63,979 bases of DNA, filler included, from an uncultured bacterium (GCA_964449065.1; 15 parts of 15 records of this genome joined end to end with filler, not necessarily neighbours in it), one strand, 5' to 3'; counted from the whole stretch's first letter, positions 41,712 to 52,334 are shown. Notes: a model not told the origin generated them from the letters alone. Translations and numbers: made by a program.

Positions 41712-41955
41712 AATAATTTTAGGGTTTTTGTCCGCTCAAACGATCTATATAGTAAGAGGGTTGATGAAAAAACTGAGGCAGATTGAAGATGTTGTCTGCT
41801 GAGGGAAGTTCCGGACTAATGGAACCCGAGCAAGTTCAGCATTAGGTTTGGCTGTAACAAGAGGTAGATTTACCGGGATTTTGACGGCCTGGAAGAGGCA
41901 GGAATCAGGATCGAGCGTACAAAAAACGGCTATTCCATACTCAAATAGAAAAAAG

Positions 41956-41975
41956 TGTGACATACGTATGTCACA
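41956..41975. promoter_or_regulatory. Perfect 20-bp palindrome TGTGACATACGTATGTCACA, candidate operator
   Basis: Self-complementary, 26 bp upstream of a TTGACA -35. Confidence 0.6.
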
Positions 41976-42001
41976 AATGGGGTGGTTTTGAGGATTTTGT
42001 A

Positions 42002-42031
42002 TTGACAGGATAGGATTTTTAGTGCTAAGTT
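42002..42031 (+). promoter_or_regulatory. Sigma70-type promoter TTGACA-18-TAAGTT with extended -10 TG
   Basis: Consensus -35 and TGcTAAGTT upstream of ORF 42093. Confidence 0.55.
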
Positions 42032-42092
42032 AAACATCAAATACTGATAAAAGGGTTAAATGAAAGATCATTAAATTATAAGTAGCAGAACT

Positions 42093-42530
42093 ATGAAAAA
42101 TGTATTGATTGTATGTGTAAGTTGTTTAATAATAATTCATTTATGTACAATGTGTGGGATCTTTTCGTTAGAGAATGCTTTTTCAGGTGAAATAGATGCT
42201 GGTGCTGGAACATTTTGTAATTCTTCAGCATTAACAAGTCCTGAATGTGATTCAATGCCGAGTTATTGTGACGATGAATGTTCTACTGACATGCAGGGTA
42301 ATGGAAATTGTATAGCAAGAGGAAGGCAATTATCTACTTATGCAATATGTGAAACTACAACAGACGACAATCTTCATTGCATTTATGATGACGACTGGCA
42401 AAATAATCCTGCTGTATGTATAGAAAAGGGAAATTGCTTTAAATTTTTTGGTGAAGGTGGTGCCGCATGTTTAACGCCTGGTTGGGTAGGATGCCATGGT
42501 ACTTTCAAATGTATTAGAACTGAATCATAA
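42093..42530 (+). CDS. Secreted cysteine-rich small protein
   Basis: Hydrophobic leader. 16 Cys in 145 aa, 12 of them after the leader. AT-rich. Confidence 0.7.
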   Translation: MKNVLIVCVSCLIIIHLCTMCGIFSLENAFSGEIDAGAGTFCNSSALTSPECDSMPSYCDDECSTDMQGNGNCIARGRQLSTYAICETTTDDNLHCIYDDDWQNNPAVCIEKGNCFKFFGEGGAACLTPGWVGCHGTFKCIRTES

Positions 42531-42572
42531 AAAATAGACGATATGTTATTGATAATAAGAAAGGATTTGATT

Positions 42573-43424
42573 ATGAAAAAGTCATTAGAATTAATGTGTA
42601 CAATTATGCTACTGCAAATCGTGGTTGCTAATGTTTGTTCTTCTGAAATATTATCAGAAGTTAGGAATTCAATAAATAATCAAGCGTCATTACTTCCTTG
42701 TTCAGGGATTATTAAAATTCAATATATTGATAAAGATGAAACATATCCACAGGAAGTGTATGAATTTGCAGTCGATGAAAATACTTTTTTGATAAAAGGG
42801 AATTATTCAAGAAAAATACCAGAAGATTTTCTAGGTGAGGGAAAGCCGCCTAGAGAGATATTTCATAATGTTCCAATTTCATATTATTGGGACGGTAGTG
42901 TATTTCATGAATATAGACCAGAAAACAAAACATGTAAGCTATCTGAATTTCCAAGTTTTGGAAGTATATTAGTTATAGACTACTTATTCACACAAATTGA
43001 AAAAGAGTTTAGTTTGCGTCCAATAAACGCATGGCTAACTAATGACACTTTTTTAAAAGAAGGTAGTTATACAACAAAACTAAATGAAAATGATGAATTA
43101 GTGATTTCTTATAGTAAGCCTGGAGCTAATTCTATTGATATCACTGTGAATAAAGATGGTTTAGGTAAAGAAATAATTGTAGAACGAGCTGATGATCATA
43201 CTGATACTTGGAAATCATTTTATAGTGAGAGTCTTCCTGGTATAAAATATGCACATCATCATTCTTATAAAACTATAAATCATAAAGATAATAACATAGT
43301 TAAGTTACTTTATGAATTGACTGATGTACAGCATGATCAGGATCATGTTGATGCACTCATTAATACATGGAAAATTCCATCCGATGCAGTAATAATAAAT
43401 GAAATAACAAACTCAGTTGAATAA
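42573..43424 (+). CDS. Secreted hypothetical protein (beta-rich, possibly LolA-like fold)
   Basis: AAGGA RBS, signal peptide, AT-rich. Ends ...WKIPSDAVIINE. Confidence 0.65.
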   Translation: MKKSLELMCTIMLLQIVVANVCSSEILSEVRNSINNQASLLPCSGIIKIQYIDKDETYPQEVYEFAVDENTFLIKGNYSRKIPEDFLGEGKPPREIFHNVPISYYWDGSVFHEYRPENKTCKLSEFPSFGSILVIDYLFTQIEKEFSLRPINAWLTNDTFLKEGSYTTKLNENDELVISYSKPGANSIDITVNKDGLGKEIIVERADDHTDTWKSFYSESLPGIKYAHHHSYKTINHKDNNIVKLLYELTDVQHDQDHVDALINTWKIPSDAVIINEITNSVE

Positions 43425-43784
43425 ACATTGTTTTTTCTGAAATTAGAACAATATGATTATATAAAAAAATACCTAGAGGATAAATGTGTTCCATTATATT
43501 ATAGTAAAGAGGGCATACTATTTACACTCAAAACATCTGGTGTCCTATTAGATANNNNNNNNNNNNNNNNNNNNNNNNNNNNNNNNNNNNNNNNNNNNTT
43601 AATTAATTAANNNNNNNNNNNNNNNNNNNNNNNNNNNNNNNNNNNNNNNNNNNNAAAGTTTAAGGCATTGCAGGATAAGGGCTTACTTGTTTGTTAATCA
43701 AAATTCATCTAATACTTTATGGCTAATTCAAATTCGCGCATTAAACCATGTCGTAATTTGAGTCCATAAACCTTAAAATTTTAA

Positions 43785-44516
43785 ATGATGAAAAGTATTA
43801 TTTTTCAGTTCCTTCTGGCCTTTGGCTTTTTCCTGACCTCCACTGCTGCCGGTGATGACAAACAAGCGATTAAAGAAACTATTTCCGGTGAAATCAACGC
43901 ATTTGTTGATAGAGATTTTGATACCTGGTCAAAATATTGGGTACATGAACCCTATGCCAGTTCAACTTTTATTAATTCTCTCTTTATGGAATCCTCAGAA
44001 TCGTGGGACTCTATTGCAGCAAGTACAAAGGAGTATATGGAAGGCGAGGGGGAATCGCCGCGGATTAAGCTGGGCAATGATTTTAACATAGTAGTAATGG
44101 GTGAGGTAGCTACCGCTAAAGTTAGCTCCGAGGAAACTATGTTTTTGTTTGGCGAGGATAAAACATTTACCAAGAAATCAGATTATCTGCTGAAAAAAGA
44201 AGGTGGTAAATGGAAAATTGTTTCACTTACAGATGTGTATACCAGCTCATTCGATTATTCAGAATTCAATAATGAGTTTGAAATAAACTGGCAAGGCTAT
44301 CAATTACTTAGAAACGGGCGAGTGGATGATGCCCTCAAAGTATTTCAGCTAAATACAGAACTCTATCCTGAGGCATCCAATACCTGGGACAGTCTGGCCG
44401 AAGGGTACATGACCATGGGGGATAAAGCACAAGCTACAAAATACTACAAGAAATCGCTTGAACTGGATCCTATGAATGAAAATGCCAAAGCGATGATTGA
44501 AAAGATGAAGGAGTAG
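43785..44516 (+). CDS. Secreted SnoaL/NTF2-like + TPR protein
   Basis: DKQAIKETI...F..RD...W; LKKEGGKWKIV; C-terminal GYQLL....A..VF.LN.ELYP...N.WDSLAE.Y...KSLELDP. Confidence 0.8.
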   Translation: MMKSIIFQFLLAFGFFLTSTAAGDDKQAIKETISGEINAFVDRDFDTWSKYWVHEPYASSTFINSLFMESSESWDSIAASTKEYMEGEGESPRIKLGNDFNIVVMGEVATAKVSSEETMFLFGEDKTFTKKSDYLLKKEGGKWKIVSLTDVYTSSFDYSEFNNEFEINWQGYQLLRNGRVDDALKVFQLNTELYPEASNTWDSLAEGYMTMGDKAQATKYYKKSLELDPMNENAKAMIEKMKE

Positions 44517-44990
44517 ACTGATCAAAGTTCAGAGTAAGCCCGATTCATTTTCCAAAAAGTTTTGGGCTTATTTTCAATTCCATGTAGCATTATGCTTAAT
44601 GCGTCAATTCACAGAGCAATAGATTAGATGATGAAAAACCATCCTCACTAAAAGTCGACTGGAATTGGCAGTCTCTTTAAAACTAATAAAAGTCCTACCC
44701 ATTCATTGGACCAATCTTGTTAAGGGTTGATCAGTTCCGATAGGTATTTGGGATTTGACATTTTCCACCAGACATACTTTTATGGTATTCGTTACCTTCC
44801 TAAAAGATAAAAACTATCTCACCATAAATAGTTCAAGAAAATACTCAAGCCTCTGATTCGCTATTTTCTCCTGTTTTTTTAGATCATAAATAAGTATTCT
44901 ATATTTTGTCCACGAAACTTAACCTTTTTCGCTTAATCAAAAGGTACAGTTATCTCGACGGTAGAAGCCTTGCGATTTTGGAAAACCCAA

Positions 44991-46418
44991 TTATACCTTC
45001 ATCCCACCCTGAGGATGACTCTTAAGCATTATTATTCCCATTAATAGTATCAAGAGAATCAGAAAAATACTATATGTTGTATTCAGCAGAGGAACTGCAG
45101 TTTGGGTTGGTTCCTGCTCCTGTCCTGTTCTTGTCAGTTTAACCACCCAGGAATCGGCTAACCCTTTATTCCCACTTACATCCACGTCATTTGACCAGGT
45201 TTCTCCCGAGATCATAATAGATTGGTCAGTGTTTTGAATTACTGTCATGCCCTTATCGTCCTGAGAACCGCCAAAAGTTGATTCCCATACCAGATTTCCT
45301 GCAGCATCGATTTCAATCAGCCAAAAATCGGAACCTCCGTGATGGTCGGAAATATCTCCGTCGTTTGAACTGGTTCTGCCGTTAATCATGAAATTCCCAT
45401 TATACAATTCCGTTATGGACCAGGGATCCTCATATAATGATCCTCCATAGGTTTTTTCCCAGAGGATGTTTCCCAGCTGATCCATTTTCACTATCCAGTA
45501 ATCTTCACCCCCATGATTATGACTAACATCCCCATTGGAAGATTCTGTATAACATGCCAGCAGCAAGCTACCATCGCGGGTTTCAATAACCTTATTCAAA
45601 CCGTCCATGGCTGATCCTCCTAAGCAACGCTGCCATAGCAAATTGCCATTGGCATCTACCTTAAAGATCCATGCATCTGCATTTCCATGGTTATTTTCCA
45701 CCATTCCATCAGAAGATAGGGTCTCTCCCCCTGCTACAAAGCCCCCGTCAGAGGTTTGGATAACCACCCAACCATTTTCAGGATCAGATCCTCCATAACA
45801 ATACTGCCATTCTATATTTCCGGAAGCATCTGTTTTTACCAGCCATATATCATCACTTCCATGATTACCGGATACATCACCGTCATCAGAACCACTATCC
45901 CCACATATGATGTACCCTCTATCTGAGGTCTGCTTCACAGATCTGCAATAATCTCCGCCGGAGCCACCGTAAGATTTCTGCCAGCTGATATTACCCTGTT
46001 CTGTTAATTTAAGCACCCAATATTCAGAGCTACCATGGCTACCGGAGACATCACCATCGTCCGAGCCACCTTTCCCAACTAAAAAATATCCTCCATCGGT
46101 TGTCTGGTAGATATCCTTAACCAGATCCGATCCGGACCCGCCAAAGTTTTGCTCCCATTCTATCTGACCCTGAGAATTTAATTTAAAAACCCAGTAATCA
46201 TAACTCCCATAATTACCTGAAACGTCTCCATCAGATGAAAGGGAATAATTTGCAATTATAAATCCTCCATCATTTGTCTGCCTGATGGCTCTTGCTTCAT
46301 CATGATTTGTTCCTCCAAATGTCTTTTTCCAGGATATGGAATAATCATTTTGTGCATTCAATGAAAGAATAATAAGACAATTAAAGATACATAAACAGTG
46401 TATGGTGTAGCGATTCAT
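44991..46418 (-). CDS. Secreted beta-propeller repeat protein with C-terminal IPTL-CTERM-like TM sorting tail
   Basis: Seven W.K..GG...D......T.DGG....S.DGDVS..HG..D.W..K repeats. Tail AVPLLN + hydrophobic helix + K. Confidence 0.75.
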   Translation of the reverse strand: MNRYTIHCLCIFNCLIILSLNAQNDYSISWKKTFGGTNHDEARAIRQTNDGGFIIANYSLSSDGDVSGNYGSYDYWVFKLNSQGQIEWEQNFGGSGSDLVKDIYQTTDGGYFLVGKGGSDDGDVSGSHGSSEYWVLKLTEQGNISWQKSYGGSGGDYCRSVKQTSDRGYIICGDSGSDDGDVSGNHGSDDIWLVKTDASGNIEWQYCYGGSDPENGWVVIQTSDGGFVAGGETLSSDGMVENNHGNADAWIFKVDANGNLLWQRCLGGSAMDGLNKVIETRDGSLLLACYTESSNGDVSHNHGGEDYWIVKMDQLGNILWEKTYGGSLYEDPWSITELYNGNFMINGRTSSNDGDISDHHGGSDFWLIEIDAAGNLVWESTFGGSQDDKGMTVIQNTDQSIMISGETWSNDVDVSGNKGLADSWVVKLTRTGQEQEPTQTAVPLLNTTYSIFLILLILLMGIIMLKSHPQGGMKV

Positions 46419-46633
46419 TCTAAATAGTTATTAAATAGTTTTCTTAGAGAAATAAATTTACATAGTTTTTTTATGTACTTGGTTTAAATAAAAACTAAAT
46501 TATTCTTAGGTTTAATGAGGCTGATAATAGCAAAATCAATTCCATCGAATCTGAACATTTTAAAATGCTCATCATTTAGATCAAACTTATCAAGGCGTCA
46601 ATATTCCCTGGCAACTATTAATTCAATGCCTTT

Positions 46634-47865
46634 AGTACATGACAAAAATTAATAACTAATTGAATATCAATAATATATGTTAATAACTTCTTGATAAGTT
46701 ATGGTTAAATATATAGTTTAAAACCCTGATATTCAGTATCTTAAAGAGAAAACGACTAAGTATGACTCTTGGATACATGAACACCAGGGTTGAGAGTAAA
46801 ATTAGCATTTTATTCTCAACATTAACACAGACATTCGGGAATGATTTCAATTTAGCCCGAATAAAGTTCTTTGGCTTATTTATCTCTGCTTTATGCAAGG
46901 TTCAAACTGTATGCTTTGAAAAACTGGCAGTTAGCTTTGATTCGTCAGTAAAAGTTGATTCATCTTTGCGTAGAATTCAACGATTTATGGCAGAATACGT
47001 ACTGGATACTAATATTATAGCACGGTTCATTTTTACCATGTTACCTCATAAGCCACCCTATCGCCTGGCTTTAGACAGAACGAATTGGAAGTTTGGAGCC
47101 ACCGACATTAATATCCTTGTCCTTGCCATTGTATATCAAGGTGTTGCATTCCCAGTCCTGTATACAATGATGCCAAAATTCGGGAACTCGTCTACCAGGG
47201 AGCGAATAGAACTGATGCAACGTTATAGTAACCTGTTTGGATTGGATACCATCGAATGTCTGACTGCTGACAGGGAGTTTGTGGGTGACCAATGGCTGGA
47301 ATATCTGAATATTAACAGGATAAAATATCATATTCGTATCCGGGAGAACTTTTGGATTGATATCCCTGGAAATGGTCACAGGGTAAAGGCTTCATGGTTA
47401 TTCAATCATTTAAATATTAATCAATTCTGGTTCTATAGGCGGATAGTCTATATTGGCGGTCAACTTTGTTATTTATCCGCTTCCAGGGTCAGAAACAAAC
47501 AGGGGATACCAGAACTTCAGATCATTGCTTCGTTTAGCAAGCCCGACAGGGCTGGTTCATTATACAAAGAACGCTGGCAGATTGAATCTGCATTTAAAGC
47601 ATTGAAAACAAGTGGCTTCAATATTGAAGACACGCATTTAACAGATTTGGACCGAATAAATAAGCTCTTTGCTTTAGTTTTGGTTGCTTTTGTCTGGGCA
47701 TATAAAATCGGAGATTACCTGAATGAACTTAAACCGATCAAGACTAAAAAGCATGGAAGAAAAGCAAAAAGTATTTTTAAATACGGGTTAACATATCTTT
47801 CAAATGTTCTGTTTTCCAATAATATAGATGAATTTGTCAAATGTTGTAAATTTTTGTCATGTACT
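46634..47865 (+). mobile_element. Complete IS4-family insertion sequence
   Basis: 17-bp perfect TIR AGTACATGACAAAAATT (46634-46650 / 47849-47865). If the TIR begins at GTAC, there is a TTA duplication on both sides. Confidence 0.9.
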
Positions 47866-47868
47866 TAG
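46762..47868 (+). CDS. IS4-family DDE transposase
   Basis: LDRTNW, ADREF, YKERWQIESAFKALK (YREK motif). The stop codon runs through the right TIR into the flank. Confidence 0.93.
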   Translation: MTLGYMNTRVESKISILFSTLTQTFGNDFNLARIKFFGLFISALCKVQTVCFEKLAVSFDSSVKVDSSLRRIQRFMAEYVLDTNIIARFIFTMLPHKPPYRLALDRTNWKFGATDINILVLAIVYQGVAFPVLYTMMPKFGNSSTRERIELMQRYSNLFGLDTIECLTADREFVGDQWLEYLNINRIKYHIRIRENFWIDIPGNGHRVKASWLFNHLNINQFWFYRRIVYIGGQLCYLSASRVRNKQGIPELQIIASFSKPDRAGSLYKERWQIESAFKALKTSGFNIEDTHLTDLDRINKLFALVLVAFVWAYKIGDYLNELKPIKTKKHGRKAKSIFKYGLTYLSNVLFSNNIDEFVKCCKFLSCT

Positions 47869-48308
47869 NNNNNNNNNNNNNNNNNNNNNNNNNNNNNNNN
47901 NNNNNNNNNNNNTTAATTAATTAANNNNNNNNNNNNNNNNNNNNNNNNNNNNNNNNNNNNNNNNNNNNTAAAGCTAGTGAACAATTGTTCAATTTCAAAA
48001 AAACTTTTGGGGAAAGATCAGCAAGTTTGGGGGAGACACAGAGGGGGTTGTGAAGAACCCTTAGAGCCATTCAAGGTTGGAATCAGTCATTTACAAGCGT
48101 TAGCGCAGTGTTATACCCCCTTGCATAAGGGGGTGGAGCCGTAGGCTCCGGGGGATTTTGCGTAGTTGGAAGCGTGCTTCGATCCCCCCTAGCCCCCCTT
48201 AACAAGGGGGGGACAACGGAGTTAGCCAGCCGTCATTTTTTGATTGACAGACTACTAGGGGCACATTGCAATCTGCCCCTACACAACTTTGTGGGGATTG
48301 AAGAAAGA

Positions 48309-49178
48309 ATGAATATCCAATACCAAATCCCGCCACCCAATCTCTACACCCCTACCGCCGCCTTCTCTATCGACGTCGAGGACTACTTCATGAGCCCCGA
48401 AAGCATCCCGTTTGATGACTGGGAACGCTATCCATCCGCCATTCATGAAGGGATGAAAAACTGCCTGGCTTTGCTGGATCAATACAATGTCAAAGCCACG
48501 TTTTTCTTTGTCGGCTGGCTGGCTGAACGCTACCCTGAGATCGTGCGTTGGACGTATGAGGATGGTCATGAAATCGGCACGCATACCTATACTCACAAGT
48601 ACATCAACAGGATGGATCAACCCGAATTTGCGAAATCGCTCCAAAAGAGTATTGAAGTATTGAAAGCCGCCGTCCCCACCGCGGAAATCATAGGCCACCG
48701 CGCCCCGGCGTTTTCATTGGACAGCCGCCATGCCTGGCAGTTTGAAACGCTGAAACAGCACGGCATCAAGTACGATTCTTCCATCAATCCACACAGCACT
48801 TATCTTTATGGCGAACCAGGCGCCCCCCGGTTTCCCTACAGACTCCACGACCTTCTTGAAATCCCACCGTCAACAATTGAAATGTTCGGCAAACGCTTCC
48901 CGGTTGGCGGGGGCGGCACCTTGCGCATCCTGCCGGATTGGTATCTTCTCTGGGCGCGCCGCCGGTTTGCGCGGGAGGGCTATCCGCTTGTTATTTATAT
49001 GCACCCCTGGGAATTCGTGCCCAACCATCCCCCGCTTTCATTGCCGTTCAAACAGCATCTCATCCACTATACCGGATTGCGCAGTGTGCCCCGCAAACTC
49101 CGCGGGCTGTTTCAGGATTATCAATCCATCACCATGCGGCATTATTACGATATGGTGAAAACGTATCCCACCGGGTAG
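48309..49178 (+). CDS. Polysaccharide deacetylase (DUF3473-containing, XrtA/PEP-CTERM-associated type)
   Basis: SIDVEDYF, ATFFFVGW.AE, GHEIGTH...H, GHRAPAFS, YDSS, PVGGGG..R, YMHPWE. Confidence 0.9.
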   Translation: MNIQYQIPPPNLYTPTAAFSIDVEDYFMSPESIPFDDWERYPSAIHEGMKNCLALLDQYNVKATFFFVGWLAERYPEIVRWTYEDGHEIGTHTYTHKYINRMDQPEFAKSLQKSIEVLKAAVPTAEIIGHRAPAFSLDSRHAWQFETLKQHGIKYDSSINPHSTYLYGEPGAPRFPYRLHDLLEIPPSTIEMFGKRFPVGGGGTLRILPDWYLLWARRRFAREGYPLVIYMHPWEFVPNHPPLSLPFKQHLIHYTGLRSVPRKLRGLFQDYQSITMRHYYDMVKTYPTG

Positions 49179-49257
49179 TGTAAGGTTTGTGTTATAAGCG
49201 CTTTTTGATATAGTATCCAATCGTAGAATTTGGCTTTAGTCGTATGGGAGGGCGGTT

Positions 49258-49614
49258 GTGAATCATTTTGAAATGAATTTTAATGTGCGCGAAGAAGGCG
49301 GGGCCGTGGTCATTGAGGTCAGCGGCTCGATCAATTCCGTGCACTCTCCCAAACTGCGCGAGGCCATAACGATGGCGTTTAAGAAAAAGATAAAAGGCAT
49401 GATCGTGGATTTGGATCAAGTCAATTACATTGATAGTTCCGGCCTGGCGACTTTGGTCGAGGCCATTCAACTCTCTGAAAGCAGCGGAACCCGCTTTTTC
49501 ATCAGCGGAACCTTGGATGAAAAGATTCAGCACATGCTGGAGATTACCCGCCTGACGGAACTTTTTGAGCACTATCCCTCTACTGAAGAAGCGGTAAACC
49601 AACTCGAATCTTAA
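49258..49614 (+). CDS. STAS-domain anti-sigma factor antagonist
   Basis: VDL.QV.YIDSSGLATLV, LEITRL..LF. Confidence 0.92.
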   Translation: MNHFEMNFNVREEGGAVVIEVSGSINSVHSPKLREAITMAFKKKIKGMIVDLDQVNYIDSSGLATLVEAIQLSESSGTRFFISGTLDEKIQHMLEITRLTELFEHYPSTEEAVNQLES

Positions 49615-49662
49615 ACGCGAGATGGCTTATGGCTTTTGTGTGGCAGGCGATCGCGCAACCCA

Positions 49663-50382
49663 TCAAGACCGTTTGACTTCAAGATATTTATGTATTCGGT
49701 TCAGTTCGGCTTCATGCAATGCGGGATTGTATAAGAACGATTGAACATCTTTTTCTTGGATAGGAACCTCTTTCGGCACAAAATAAATCGTATAGGCAGT
49801 AAACACCAAAGCCAAAGCGCTGCTAACCAAAAAATAGAGAAACGATTGCAGAAATAACTCGACCGTTACCAAACCAGTGTACATCCATGCAAAATGAAAA
49901 AACAGCGCGATTGATACCAATGGGATAGACATGGCAAGAACCGCCGAATACTCAACAAGGCTCGTAAGTTTTTCATACCGCTTGACGAAGGTGTCAATAA
50001 AAACACGCAATACCATAAACATCGCAATATGCGTTGTTGCGAAACACAGAAACACCACATAAGAAATTAATTCTTCATTGGTGTTTGTTAGTATGGTAAA
50101 GAAGAAGTAAAAAAGTAAAAACTGTGGAGCCAAAACAATCAGCAGGGCTAGTGATTTCTTCCATCTCTTTTGTGAATCATCAAACAACCAAAGCCGCCAT
50201 TGCTTTTTAAACTCTTTGCCAAATTTGTATTCAAGAGCCAGTATGATTATAGCGGCAACTATCATGCATAGGGATAAGTGTATTTTGTCGGCCACGGCAT
50301 ATTCAGCCAGATAGATAGCCGGCAAAAAGGTGACCGCCAAGAAAAGACCGTTGGAGAAAATGGTATCGGTTTTCATATTCAA
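49663..50382 (-). CDS. Hypothetical polytopic membrane protein
   Basis: About six hydrophobic segments. AT-richer than neighbouring genes. Confidence 0.6.
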   Translation of the reverse strand: MNMKTDTIFSNGLFLAVTFLPAIYLAEYAVADKIHLSLCMIVAAIIILALEYKFGKEFKKQWRLWLFDDSQKRWKKSLALLIVLAPQFLLFYFFFTILTNTNEELISYVVFLCFATTHIAMFMVLRVFIDTFVKRYEKLTSLVEYSAVLAMSIPLVSIALFFHFAWMYTGLVTVELFLQSFLYFLVSSALALVFTAYTIYFVPKEVPIQEKDVQSFLYNPALHEAELNRIHKYLEVKRS

Positions 50383-50447
50383 AGCATACAGTATTTCATT
50401 TAAAATGTCAAAATCTTAATTGTAACCAGTCTCAAACGTAACAAGAA

Positions 50448-51583
50448 CTACACCCCAAAAATTTCCTTGCTGTCTATTTCCGCATAGCGGTCGGTCATGC
50501 CTGCGATGAAATCGGCCACGCTGCGTTCGAGGCCTTCGGTTTCGATGCGGTCTTGGTACGACTGGGACATCTGCTTGGGATGGTTGCAGTAGTGTTCAAA
50601 TAGACGCTGCACAATCAGCGTCGAGCGTGAGTTCGACCGCATCACCCGCGGATGCCGGTACAAGTTGGCAAATAGATATTCATGCACAAGCTTAATCTTG
50701 GAAGCCAGTTCTTCACTGAATGCCACCGTATCATCACTGGGCATATTGTTCTGTGCCGCTAAGCGCTTGCGGGTTTCATTTACCACATCGTTTACCTGCT
50801 CATTGATCAACCGCTGCAAAACCTGCGAACGGATGCGCTTCTCATCCATCTTGGGATACTTCCCGCGCACGGCTTGAATGGCATCTTTCCACAGCGGTAC
50901 TTCTTCAATCGAACGCAGCAAAATCAGCCCCGATTCAATCCCGTCATCCAAGTCATGGGTGGTGTATGAAATCTCATCGGCGATATCCATTACCTGCGCT
51001 TCCAACGGCAGTGTCTTCGCGAGACCGGGGATGGATTCCAAATCATGCTGCTTCTTCTTCAATATCCCCCGGCGGGTTTCCGCGGTGAGGTTGAGCCCGG
51101 CAAAATCGGGGTAGCGTGTTTCCAGCAAATCGACCATCCGCAGCGCCTGGCGGTTGTGTTCAAAACCGCCGNNNNNNNNNNATCCGTCATCAGTTCGTTC
51201 AGCGTCCGTTCTCCCGCATGGCCGAAGGGCGGGTGCCCGATATCATGCGCCAGCGCCACCGCTTCGCTTAAATCTTCGTTCAGCGCCAGCATCCTCGCAA
51301 TGGTGCGGGCGATCTGCGCCACTTCCAGCGTGTGCGTTAACCGCGTGCGGTAATGATCGCTGATGTGGGTCACAAACACCTGCGTCTTGCCGTTCAATCG
51401 CCGGAACGCGGTCGAATGGATGATCCGGTCGCGGTCACGCTGGTAACATGTGCGGAACGAATGCTCCGCTTCCGGATGCCGCCTTCCCTGCGTGCGGTTG
51501 GCATGGCAGGCGTATACAGCCAACGCGTTGTTTTCGCGCTGTTCTTGATGTTCGCGTGTTAAAGAGATTGTGTCTGTATCCAT
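50448..51583 (-). CDS. dgt: dGTP triphosphohydrolase-like HD protein (spans a 10-N gap)
   Basis: [69 protein letters not shown]. Confidence 0.92.
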
Positions 51584-51646
51584 AATTCTAAGTTGTTGTC
51601 CCCTTGATTAATGGGGGAGGGGGACCGAAGCACCCTAAAAACGAAA

Positions 51647-52060
51647 TCATGACTGCCACCGCTTTAAAAATGGAACCGGCCGCAGTATGGGTATTCCGTC
51701 ATATTCCCCGATGTCGAGCAAATGCGCATCCAACGAGACAATCGCTTCCGCCTTTGCCGCGACCGCGCATTCAATAAACTTCTTGTCATCCGGGTCGTCA
51801 ATTTTTATCCGCAGTGAAGCGGGCTTTTTGATGAATATAGTATGCGGGCTTTGTTGCATCTGTGTAAAGAAGCGCTGGGCTTTTTTTCGCAGCGGCGGAA
51901 TCTTGCCGATGATGTGTTGGTATTCTTTTAAGACCGGTTGGGAATAGCAAAGTTGTATCGACCCACGTTCCCACCCGTTGAGGATTTCTTTGGCCCTGCT
52001 GCCGAAGAGCGCGGCTACCATGACGCTGGTGTCTAAGATAATCGAAGTTTTATTCTTCAT
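51647..52060 (-). CDS. PIN-family putative toxin
   Basis: ILDTSV..AAL, EY, DPDDKKFIECAV...A..IVS.D.HLL. Confidence 0.88.
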   Translation of the reverse strand: MKNKTSIILDTSVMVAALFGSRAKEILNGWERGSIQLCYSQPVLKEYQHIIGKIPPLRKKAQRFFTQMQQSPHTIFIKKPASLRIKIDDPDDKKFIECAVAAKAEAIVSLDAHLLDIGEYDGIPILRPVPFLKRWQS

Positions 52061-52077
52061 ATACCATTCTTAGAAAT

Positions 52078-52178
52078 TAACAGGTCAGCGATATGAAGTG
52101 CATTTTCAAGTAATCGAATCGATTTTCTCATTCCTCCCCCAATGCAATGGGGGAGGCTAGGTGGGGGTTAAACGCTCA
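52078..52178 (+). repeat. MITE family E (TIR TAAYAGGTCAGC), partial. Other copies at 30498-30550, 56269-56331 and full copy 57797-57969
   Basis: Near-identical to the first ~100 bp of the 57797 copy. Confidence 0.8.
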
Positions 52179-52334
52179 NNNNNNNNNNNNNNNNNNNNNN
52201 NNNNNNNNNNNNNNNNNNNNNNTTAATTAATTAANNNNNNNNNNNNNNNNNNNNNNNNNNNNNNNNNNNNNNNNNNNNCTCACAACAAAAACCATTTTTC
52301 AAGCAATCGTCAATCATGGATTGCGTAACATCAT

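Noticed and set aside
41956..41975. CRP/FNR site
   Set aside because: TGTGA and TCACA are 10 nt apart rather than 6. Kept only as an unassigned operator.
46634..47865. IS4 element as mobiliser of the CTAG MITEs (both ends start TAGTACA)
   Set aside because: The similarity is short, the target geometry differs, and the contig is probably from another organism.
51172..51181. Frameshifted dGTPase pseudogene
   Set aside because: The shift comes from a 10-N placeholder. LMTD-x-GGFEHN needs only about 2 missing bases.
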